In this document: positions 35,274 through 42,723 of the stretch, piece after piece
Layout of the letters: the number at the start of each line of letters is the position of its first letter
How positions within the stretch are numbered: the first letter of the stretch is position 1
Notes under the pieces: model-generated
The model's database searches: none
What the model saw: only the letters and a program-made list of their open reading frames with translations
Told to the model about the DNA's origin: nothing
Position numbers and translations under genes: made by a program
From: Dehalococcoidia bacterium
Lineage (GTDB): Bacteria; Chloroflexota; Dehalococcoidia; Lucifugimonadales; Australimonadaceae
DNA length: 64,000 bases
Assembly: GCA_963579845.1 (NCBI GenBank)
Contig: CAUZHS010000003.1
Span: forward strand, 763 to 64,762
Direction of reading: 5' to 3'

Positions 35274-37520
35274 ATGGCCGTTTCCCAGGAAACCCTGGAC
35301 GAGATAGCCCTGAGCCGGGACGAGTACGACCTTATCGTGCAGAGGCTGGAGCGGGAGCCCACGCCAGTGGAGCTAGGCATGTTTGGCGCGCTGTGGAGCG
35401 AGCACTGCGGTTACAAGCATTCCAGGCCCCTTCTCGGCATCTTCCCCACCACCGGCGCCGCGGTGTTGGTGCGGGCCGGTGAGGAGAACGCTGGCGTGGT
35501 GGCGATTGGCGACGGGCTAAGCGTAGTCTTCAAGGTGGAGTCCCACAATCATCCTTCGGCCGTGGAGCCCTTTCAGGGCGCGGCTACCGGCGTGGGCGGC
35601 ATCATCCGTGACATCCTCGCCATGGGTGCCCGCCCCGTGGCGCTTCTCAATTCGCTGCGCTTCGGCCCGCTCTCGGAACCGCGCAACCGTTATCTGTTCG
35701 AGGGAGTGGTGGCCGGGATCAGCGCCTACGGCAACTGCGTCGGTATCCCCGACGTGGGCGGCGAGATTGCCTTCTCCGCGAGCTACAGCGGCAATCCGCT
35801 GGTAAACGCCATGTGCGTTGGACTGCTTCATGAGGGCGAACTGGTGCACTCTGCCGCCGTTACTCCCGGCAACACCTACATGCTCGCGGGTTCCGCCACC
35901 GGACGCGATGGTATCCACGGTGCTTCCGGCCTGGCCTCCCGCACCTTTCAGGACGAGCGGGAAATGCGGCCCACGGTGCAGGTGGGCGATCCCTTCTTGG
36001 AGAAGGTGTTGATCGAGGCCTGCCTGGAAGCGGTGCGCAGCGGGAACCTGGAGGGGTTGCAGGACTTGGGCGCCGCCGGACTTACCAGCTCCGTAATGGA
36101 GTGCGCCGCCAAAGGTGGGACCGGCGTTGACCTTGATGTGGCACTGGTGCATCGCCGCGAGGTGGGTATGAGCGCCTACGAGGTGATGCTCTCCGAGTCC
36201 CAAGAGCGGATGCTGCTTATCGTCAAGCGTGGCCACGAGGCTGAGGTGCGCGAGCTCTTCCAGCGATGGGACTTGGAGGCGATGGCCATCGGCAGCGTGA
36301 CCGAAGGGCATATGGCCCGGGTCTACGACGACGGGGAGTTGGTGGCCGAGGCTGCCGTGCCGGTCCTTGTCGAGGCGCCCCAGTACCGATTTCACGCTGA
36401 GCGTCCGGCTTATTTGGCGGCGCTCCATGCGACGCCAATGCCGCCTGAACCCGACCGAGGCAACGCAGGCCAGCTACTGAAGTCGCTGCTGGGGGCGTCC
36501 AATATTGCCAGCAAGCGCGCCGTCTACCGCCGGTACGACCATCAGGTACAGACCAACACGATGGTTAAGCCTGGCCAGGCTGACGCTGCGGTGCTGCGGC
36601 TGCGGGGCACCGCGAAGGCGATTGCTATGAGCGTGGATGGCAATGGACGCTCCACCTATCTGGAGCCGTACGTTGGCGGGGCCATGGCTGTGGCCGAGGC
36701 TTGCCGCAACGTTGCATGCACGGGAGCCCTGCCCCTGGCCGTTACCGATTGTCTCAATTTCGGGAACCCGGAACGGCCCGAAGTCTACTATCAGTTGGAG
36801 GAGTGCATCCGTGGTATGGCCGACGCCTGCAAAGCTTTGGGCGTGCCCGTTGTCAGTGGGAACGTGAGCCTGTACAACGAGACCCAGGGCGAGGCCATCT
36901 ATCCAACCCCCGTGGTCGGTGCGGTTGGTGTCATCGAAGACGCCAGGCGCTACGTTACTGCGGCATTCCAGTCTCCGGGCGACGTTGTGCTGCTTCTTGG
37001 AGCAGAGGCCCTTGATGGCGATGAAAAGACCCTGGCCGGGAGCGAATACCTTGCCCACGTCCATAACCTGGTGGCGGGACAGCTGTCGATTGACCTGCAG
37101 GCAGAGGCCCGGCTTCAATCCCTGCTGGTTGCGCTGGCTGGCGAGGGGTTGCTGCGCTCCGCCCACGACTGTTCGGACGGTGGATTGGTCGTGGCATTGG
37201 CCGAAGGCTGCATCCTGGATGGGGTGGGCATGCGCGCCGACCTCCCTGTCACGGGCCGATGGGACGTCGCACTTTTTGGCGAAGCGACCTCCCGGGTCGT
37301 GGTCTCAGCTAGCCCCGAGCAGGAGGCCCAGGTCGTTAACCGGGCGCAGGATGCAGGGGTACCCGTCCTGAGGCTGGGCCTGACCGGAGGGAGCAACCTG
37401 GCGGTGGCGGGGCTGTTGGATGAGCCGGTGAGCGCACTGGCGGGGGCATATGAGGGAGGGCTGGCGGGGGGCGTACAAATAAGTCCAGCCTGGATGACAG
37501 ATCAATTCGTTGCTGGGTAA
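35274..37520 (+). CDS. purL: Phosphoribosylformylglycinamidine synthase subunit PurL
   Basis: ...ELGMFGALWSEHCGYKHS...VESHNHPSAVEPFQGAATGVGGIIRD... Confidence 0.95.
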   Translation: MAVSQETLDEIALSRDEYDLIVQRLEREPTPVELGMFGALWSEHCGYKHSRPLLGIFPTTGAAVLVRAGEENAGVVAIGDGLSVVFKVESHNHPSAVEPFQGAATGVGGIIRDILAMGARPVALLNSLRFGPLSEPRNRYLFEGVVAGISAYGNCVGIPDVGGEIAFSASYSGNPLVNAMCVGLLHEGELVHSAAVTPGNTYMLAGSATGRDGIHGASGLASRTFQDEREMRPTVQVGDPFLEKVLIEACLEAVRSGNLEGLQDLGAAGLTSSVMECAAKGGTGVDLDVALVHRREVGMSAYEVMLSESQERMLLIVKRGHEAEVRELFQRWDLEAMAIGSVTEGHMARVYDDGELVAEAAVPVLVEAPQYRFHAERPAYLAALHATPMPPEPDRGNAGQLLKSLLGASNIASKRAVYRRYDHQVQTNTMVKPGQADAAVLRLRGTAKAIAMSVDGNGRSTYLEPYVGGAMAVAEACRNVACTGALPLAVTDCLNFGNPERPEVYYQLEECIRGMADACKALGVPVVSGNVSLYNETQGEAIYPTPVVGAVGVIEDARRYVTAAFQSPGDVVLLLGAEALDGDEKTLAGSEYLAHVHNLVAGQLSIDLQAEARLQSLLVALAGEGLLRSAHDCSDGGLVVALAEGCILDGVGMRADLPVTGRWDVALFGEATSRVVVSASPEQEAQVVNRAQDAGVPVLRLGLTGGSNLAVAGLLDEPVSALAGAYEGGLAGGVQISPAWMTDQFVAG

Positions 37521-37750
37521 GACAGCAAAAGTTGAAAAAGCAGATCTAAAACCCTGCATCGGAGCACTTGCAACCTTAAAAACTGGCTTGCGATGATTGC
37601 TACGGTGCGCCTCAGTGATAATGGGCCATTGCGCGAATGTACTACACTGGGAGCACAGGAATTCACGTATCGACACGTTTTTCGATTACAATCTAGGTAA
37701 GGCTTCGCGCAAAGCGCGGAGCTAATTTCTGGATGAGGTCTGTTCGACTT

Positions 37751-38338
37751 ATGAAAGTGGTCTTTTTAGAAGATGTTCCCGGCACCGCGGATGCGGGCGA
37801 GGTCAAACAGGTAAAAAACGGGTTTGCCCGTAATTACCTGCTTCCCAATAACCTTGCCGCCCCCGCTACCGCCACTGCCCTGCAGGGCATTCGCCGTATC
37901 CAAGAAGCGGCTCAAGACACGCGGCTCAAAATTTCCGAAGACGCCCGAGTGGTGGCCAAAGCCCTGGAAGGGCAGCACGTTACGATCGAAGTGCGGGTGG
38001 GCCCCAGCGGCCGGCTCTTCGGGTCTGTAACGAGCCGGAACATTGCTGAGGAGCTGACAAAGCTCACCGGACGGGAGGTGGACCACCGCAGCATTATGCT
38101 GGGCGAGTCCATCCATGACGCGGGTGATTACGATATTCCCATTCGCGTGTACCGCGAGGTAACGGCTACGGTGAAAGTAAGCGTGATCCCGGAGGGTTAT
38201 CTGGAGGAGCAGGCCCAGCGGGCCGCCGCCGGAGTGGGCACAGAGGAATCTTCCGATGAGCCCGCTGCCGCTGTGCACGAGGCTGAAGCAGATGAGGAAG
38301 CACCAGTAAGCGCAGAAGCTGAAAAGGAGAAGAGTTAA
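37751..38338 (+). CDS. rplI: 50S ribosomal protein L9 (with an acidic C-terminal extension)
   Basis: MKVVFLEDVPGTADAGEVKQVKNGFARNYLLPNNLAAPAT; conserved rplI-dnaB linkage. Confidence 0.9.
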   Translation: MKVVFLEDVPGTADAGEVKQVKNGFARNYLLPNNLAAPATATALQGIRRIQEAAQDTRLKISEDARVVAKALEGQHVTIEVRVGPSGRLFGSVTSRNIAEELTKLTGREVDHRSIMLGESIHDAGDYDIPIRVYREVTATVKVSVIPEGYLEEQAQRAAAGVGTEESSDEPAAAVHEAEADEEAPVSAEAEKEKS

Positions 38339-38343
38339 GGCCG

Positions 38344-39708
38344 GTGTATGCGGAGAAGCTCCCCCCCCACGATGTGGAAGCAGAAGAAGCGGTTATTGGC
38401 TCGCTGCTGATTGATGGCGAAGCTATTAACCGTGTCGCCTCGTTGATTAAGCCCGACGACTTCTTCCGAGAGCGCAACCGTTGGTGCTACGACGCTTGCC
38501 TTTCCCTCTACCAACGGGGTGACGCCATCAACCAGGTTACGGTGTCCCACGAGCTCAGCCTGCGTGAGCGGCTAGAGGATGTGGGCGGAGCGGCGTACCT
38601 CAGCCACCTGGTGGCCACCGTGCCCACTTCGGTCCACGCCGACCACTACGCGCGCATCATCAACCGCACCGCTACCATGCGCCGACTCATCGGTGCCGGG
38701 GGCGATATCGCCAACATCGGCTACGGAGGTGCTGCTGACGTCGACTCCGCTATAGCTCAGGCGGAAGACCTTATCTATCGTATCCGCAGCGGCCACTCCG
38801 TCCGGGACTTCGTCACCATTCGTGAGGTCTTGGACCAGTACCTGGAAGAGTCCGCAGCCATGGGGGGGTCGCTGGAGCATGCGGCTGCACCCATTCCCTC
38901 GGGGTTCACCGACTTGGACAGGCTTTTGGGCAATTTACAACGGGGCGACCTGCTCATCCTGGCTGCTCGGCCAGCCTTGGGCAAGTCCACGTTGGCTATG
39001 AACATTGCGCGGAATGCCGCCGCTCAGGGAGCTGTAGCAGCGGTGTTCAGCCTGGAGATGAGTCGGGAGCAACTCGCGCTACGGCTGCTCTCATCCGAGG
39101 CGGAGGTTGACTCCCACCGGCTGCGTTTGGGCGTGTACTCAGAGACGGAAGGAAGCCGTATTATTGATGGAGCGGGTGCACTCTCTGACCTGGCCATCTA
39201 CATCGACGATACGCCGTTGCAGACTGTGTTGGAGATGCGGAGCAAGGTGCGGCGTCTTTTCAGCGAGCGAGGGGCAGACCTCATCATCGTGGACTACCTC
39301 CAGCTCATCCGCGGGTCCAACGACCGCCAGGATAATCGGGCCTTGGAGCTGGGCGAAATCACCCGGTCGCTGAAGGCCATTGCCCGGGAGCTCAACGTCC
39401 CCGTGCTGGCCCTTTCTCAGCTAAGCCGTAACTTGGAACGGCGTGTTGACCATAAACCCCAGCTCGCGGACCTTCGTGAGTCGGGAAGCATCGAGCAGGA
39501 CGCCGACGTGGTCATGTTCATCCATCGGGACGACCGCTACGAGACGCAGGAGGAATGGGAGCAGCGTCACCCTGGCGATGCCTACCCGGAAAATATCGCG
39601 GAGCTCATTATTGCAAAGCACCGCCACGGCCCAACAGACACCCTCAGCCTCTACTTCCGGGGTAACTTGGCCCGGTTCGAAAACCTAGACACTCGGGCCC
39701 GGGTGTAG
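38344..39708 (+). CDS. dnaB: Replicative DNA helicase DnaB
   Basis: PPHDVEAEEAVIGSLLID..., Walker A AARPALGKST, IIVDYLQLI, LSQLSRNLE, DLRESGSIEQDAD. No intein. Confidence 0.95.
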   Translation: MYAEKLPPHDVEAEEAVIGSLLIDGEAINRVASLIKPDDFFRERNRWCYDACLSLYQRGDAINQVTVSHELSLRERLEDVGGAAYLSHLVATVPTSVHADHYARIINRTATMRRLIGAGGDIANIGYGGAADVDSAIAQAEDLIYRIRSGHSVRDFVTIREVLDQYLEESAAMGGSLEHAAAPIPSGFTDLDRLLGNLQRGDLLILAARPALGKSTLAMNIARNAAAQGAVAAVFSLEMSREQLALRLLSSEAEVDSHRLRLGVYSETEGSRIIDGAGALSDLAIYIDDTPLQTVLEMRSKVRRLFSERGADLIIVDYLQLIRGSNDRQDNRALELGEITRSLKAIARELNVPVLALSQLSRNLERRVDHKPQLADLRESGSIEQDADVVMFIHRDDRYETQEEWEQRHPGDAYPENIAELIIAKHRHGPTDTLSLYFRGNLARFENLDTRARV

Positions 39709-39711
39709 GGC

Positions 39712-40374
39712 ATGAGATCCTTCTCTGGTTTTGCTTCGGGCACACGTTCGTTGCCCGTCCCCAGCCCGCTCCTCGACAGCCTTTTGGAGGAGATCAGCGA
39801 TGTGGCGGAATTGAAGTGCACCTTGCGCTTCCTCTGGCATATAGCCCAGGGCAAGGCTCAGCCCCGAGTGGTGACGGCAGCAGCGTTGGCGCAGGACGAG
39901 GTGCTTTTGGCGGCCTTGGGGTCAGCTGAGGAGGTCCAACGGGGCCTCCAGATGGCGGTGGAACGCCAAACGCTGCTCGTTGCCAAAGTGGGTGTGTCGG
40001 GGATTGGTTACGTGCTACACACGCCGGAGAACCGCCGATCGGTTGAAGCCCTGCCCTCGCACAGCACGAATTCCAAAGTCGTGGGAGGAGAGCCGCCGCA
40101 GGAGCGGCTCAACATCTACCGGCTGTACGAGGAGAACATTGGCGCGCTGACGCCCCTGGTGGCAGACGAGCTCCGGGATGCCGAGGACGTCTATCCGGAG
40201 GAGTGGGTATTGGCCGCATTTCAGGAGGCGGTGGCTCAGAACAAGCGTAGCTGGCGCTACATCTCGCGCATTTTGGAGCGCTGGTCGACAGAGGGATTCG
40301 ATAGGGGAGGGCATGGAGAGTCTGGGCGATATTCTCAAACGACTTCAGCAGCGGAATACCTTCGCCGCTTCTAA
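39712..40374 (+). CDS. DnaD-domain replication protein (primosome/helicase-loading accessory)
   Basis: The C-terminal LNIYRLYEENIGALTPLVADELRDAEDVYPEEWVLAAFQEAVAQNKRSWRYISRILERWSTEG matches the DnaD/DnaB-2 domain pattern (...NKRSW.YI..IL..W...G). Confidence 0.6.
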   Translation: MRSFSGFASGTRSLPVPSPLLDSLLEEISDVAELKCTLRFLWHIAQGKAQPRVVTAAALAQDEVLLAALGSAEEVQRGLQMAVERQTLLVAKVGVSGIGYVLHTPENRRSVEALPSHSTNSKVVGGEPPQERLNIYRLYEENIGALTPLVADELRDAEDVYPEEWVLAAFQEAVAQNKRSWRYISRILERWSTEGFDRGGHGESGRYSQTTSAAEYLRRF

Positions 40375-41722
40375 CTACCCTGCTGAGTTGCTTCCCGCCG
40401 AGGAGTCGGAGCAGGACCGCTGTCCTATCTGCGGCGGGCGTGGCTGGGTGCGGTATGATGTGCCAGTGGGCCACGCGGACTTTGGGAAGGCCTTTCCCTG
40501 CGAGTGTCAGCAGACATCTACGGCCGAGCAACGCCAGGATCGCTTGCAACGCTTCAGCAATATGGGCATGCTGGCCCAGGTTGCCTTCGATACCACCGAG
40601 CCCCACGGCCAGGGTACTGCCACGGAGTCTCGCGGCCGGTTCCGCGCCGCCTTCGAGGCAGCCCGAGACTACGCTGAGGAGCCCCAGGGCTGGTTTACCC
40701 TGCAGGGCGCGAGCGGTACGGGGAAGACGCATCTGGCCGCGGCCATCGCCAACCGGTGCATGCAACGGGGGACCCCTGCCTTCTTTGCCCAGGTCCCGGA
40801 CCTTCTGGACCACCTGCGGGCGAGTTTCAGCCCGGAGAGTGAGTTGTCGTATGACCTCCTCTTTGAGCAGGTGAAAGAGGTCTCGCTGTTGGTGCTGGAC
40901 GATTTGGGAGCGCATACCAGCACAGCTTGGGCTGAGGAGAAGCTTTTTCAAGTGTTGAATCACCGTTACGTGAACAACACACCTACGGTTATCACCACGA
41001 ACCTCGCTCTGGACCAGATGGACCCCCGTTTACAGAGCCGGTTGACGGATCCTCGGGCCTCCCGCGTAATGGATCTGGGAGCAGGTTGGACCTCCCAGAG
41101 CGCCGCTCGGATCGGCATGGTGGAGCCGCAAATGTTGGCGCTGATGCGCTTTGAGAACTTCGAGCCCCAGGGCAAGGCCGAGGACAAAGAGGGTAGAGAG
41201 ACCCTAGCGGCGGCTCTGACTGCGGCAAAGTCCTTTGCCGTGGACCCGCAAGGCTGGCTGGTGCTCCTAGGCGATTCGGGAACGGGCAAGACGCACCTTG
41301 CTGTCTCCGTGGCCAACGAGCGCCTGAAGGCCGGTCAGAGCGTTTTCTTCGCTTTCGTGCCCGATCTGCTGGACCACCTCCGCTATACCTTCAACCCCGA
41401 GAGCCGGGTGACCTATGACGAACTCTTCGAGCAGGTGAAGCAGGCGCCGCTCTTAATTCTTGACGACCTAGGCTCCGAAAGCTCCACCGCTTGGGCCCAC
41501 GAGAAGCTCTACCAGATTATTGTCTACCGTCATAACGCCAGACTGCCGACCGTCATGACGACGCGGGGCATCCCCGACCGGGCCAAAGACCCCGTGTCTT
41601 CTCGTATCAACGACCCGCGGCTGGTCACCGTGATCCCGATCGTGGCTCCCGATTACCGGCAGCAGGCGCGCCGTCGGCCCGCGCCTGCTCGCAGGCAGGA
41701 CCCTCCGCGTCGAGGCCGTTGA
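40313..41722 (+). CDS. Helicase-loader-like ATPase with two tandem DnaC/DnaI-type AAA+ modules and an N-terminal Cys4 zinc ribbon
   Basis: Start at ATG 40313, behind GGGGAGGG. The ORF-track start at 40178 lies inside the previous gene. Motifs: CPICGGRGW-x18-CEC; module 1 has GASGTGKTH, LLVLDDLG, VITTN; module 2 has GDSGTGKTH, LLILDDLG, VMTTR. Confidence 0.8.
   Translation: MESLGDILKRLQQRNTFAASNYPAELLPAEESEQDRCPICGGRGWVRYDVPVGHADFGKAFPCECQQTSTAEQRQDRLQRFSNMGMLAQVAFDTTEPHGQGTATESRGRFRAAFEAARDYAEEPQGWFTLQGASGTGKTHLAAAIANRCMQRGTPAFFAQVPDLLDHLRASFSPESELSYDLLFEQVKEVSLLVLDDLGAHTSTAWAEEKLFQVLNHRYVNNTPTVITTNLALDQMDPRLQSRLTDPRASRVMDLGAGWTSQSAARIGMVEPQMLALMRFENFEPQGKAEDKEGRETLAAALTAAKSFAVDPQGWLVLLGDSGTGKTHLAVSVANERLKAGQSVFFAFVPDLLDHLRYTFNPESRVTYDELFEQVKQAPLLILDDLGSESSTAWAHEKLYQIIVYRHNARLPTVMTTRGIPDRAKDPVSSRINDPRLVTVIPIVAPDYRQQARRRPAPARRQDPPRRGR
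40574..41641 (+). repeat. Intragenic tandem duplication: two homologous DnaC-type modules of about 168 aa (40574-41080 and 41138-41641; offset 564 nt)
   Basis: Aligned by eye: roughly 55-60% amino-acid identity across the Walker A to Box VII regions. Shared nucleotide strings include ctggaccacct and gagcaggtgaa. Confidence 0.8.
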
Positions 41723-41723
41723 C

Positions 41724-42134
41724 GTGGCGGCTGGTTCTCCAGAACCATACCCTCAAGAAGCGCCGGAGGGTCCGTGCACTTTCTGCGTCATCGCCACGGG
41801 GGAAGAGCCACGGGACGTGCGCTACGAGGACGAGGAGCTGCTCGCCTTTCGCAATCGGCTCATCTGGGCGCCAGTCATGCTCTTGGTCGTCCCGAAGCAG
41901 CACATGACGCAGCAGGAGTTCTGGATATCAGACCTCTTTGCGAAGGCTGCGAAGCTCGCCGTTCGGTTGGGAGAGGAGGACTGCCCTGACGGATACCGTA
42001 TCCTCACCAACTTTGGGCGTGATGCCCTTCAGACCCAGTTCCACGGCCACCTGCACGTCATCGGCGGCATCGCGCTGGGCCTGTACCTCTCCCACCGTCT
42101 AACCGCATGGCCTCAGGTTCCCCCTCCCGGGTAG
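41724..42134 (+). CDS. HIT-family (histidine triad) protein
   Basis: CTFCVIATGEEP...LLVVPKQH...FHGHLHVIGG (HxHxHxx motif). Confidence 0.85.
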   Translation: MAAGSPEPYPQEAPEGPCTFCVIATGEEPRDVRYEDEELLAFRNRLIWAPVMLLVVPKQHMTQQEFWISDLFAKAAKLAVRLGEEDCPDGYRILTNFGRDALQTQFHGHLHVIGGIALGLYLSHRLTAWPQVPPPG

Positions 42135-42178
42135 GGCATACGATGGAGTGCGACCTTCCGAGGCCGCTCGTGACCAAA

Positions 42179-42208
42179 TTGACGCCTGTCTCGGCGTCGT
42201 GCTAAAGT
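42179..42208 (+). promoter_or_regulatory. Sigma70-type promoter TTGACG-18 nt-TGcTAAAGT driving the leuS T-box leader
   Basis: -35 TTGACG at 42179-42184; TG at 42200-42201; -10 TAAAGT at 42203-42208. Confidence 0.45.
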
Positions 42209-42214
42209 TGATTA

Positions 42215-42458
42215 CCTACGATACCGCGTGGATGGGAAGTAGTAGGGGACTCTTCACCCCAGCGAGCCGGCGAATGGTGCGAGGCCGGTGGTGGCAAGAA
42301 CCCTGAACTCGTCCCGGAGCGGCCAGCCTGAAAGATGAGTAGGGCGGCGGAGCGCACCGATACGGCGCAGATAAAGAGTCCCGGGAGCGCCGGGGAAGTA
42401 GGGTGGTACCGCGGGAAATCTTGTCCCGTCCCTTGATGAGGGGCGGGATTTTGTGTTT
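42215..42458 (+). promoter_or_regulatory. T-box riboswitch leader (tRNA-Leu; specifier CUC) with intrinsic terminator
   Basis: Stem I base GAUGGGAAGUAGUA (42231-42244); distal-loop AGCGAG and GGUGCGA (the GNUGNGA motif, 42276-42282); specifier context GAA-CUC-G (42305-42311); canonical T-box sequence GUAGGGUGGUACCGCG (42398-42413). The terminator follows. Downstream gene is leuS. Confidence 0.8.
42423..42458 (+). terminator. T-box terminator helix plus U-tract
   Basis: GTCCCGTCCC-ttgatga-GGGGCGGGAT followed by TTTGTGTTT. The 5' arm can alternatively pair with the T-box sequence to form the antiterminator. Confidence 0.7.
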
Positions 42459-42723
42459 CAAGGCAGGGTGCACCCTGAACTTATAACTGGGGAACGGGTG
42501 GTGGTGGGCTGAATAGGTACGTGTCATGCCGAGCCCTGCGACTGCGTTCAAGGCAAGTTCCGAGAAGTACCGCTTAGGAGGACCGTGCCGAGAAACCCTT
42601 CGACAGGCTCAGGGTGACAGAGAGTTTTTGGAGGCGGCGGGCCGACCGACAGGTGAAGTGAGGGTGTTCTGACTTCATAAGTGGGTCGAGGGTACGCCCT
42701 GGGTAAGGGAGAACAAGGCAGAC

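Noticed and set aside
40178-40312. Upstream extension of the loader ORF (ORF-track start 40178)
   Set aside because: It lies inside the DnaD-domain gene in another frame and encodes an Arg/Trp-rich peptide. ATG 40313 has a GGGGAGGG Shine-Dalgarno.
42460-42600. Second (tandem) T-box in the leuS leader
   Set aside because: Only fragments are present (CACCCUGAAC, GAAGUACCGC). The GGGUGGNACCGCG core, the GNUGNGA loop and a second terminator are all missing.
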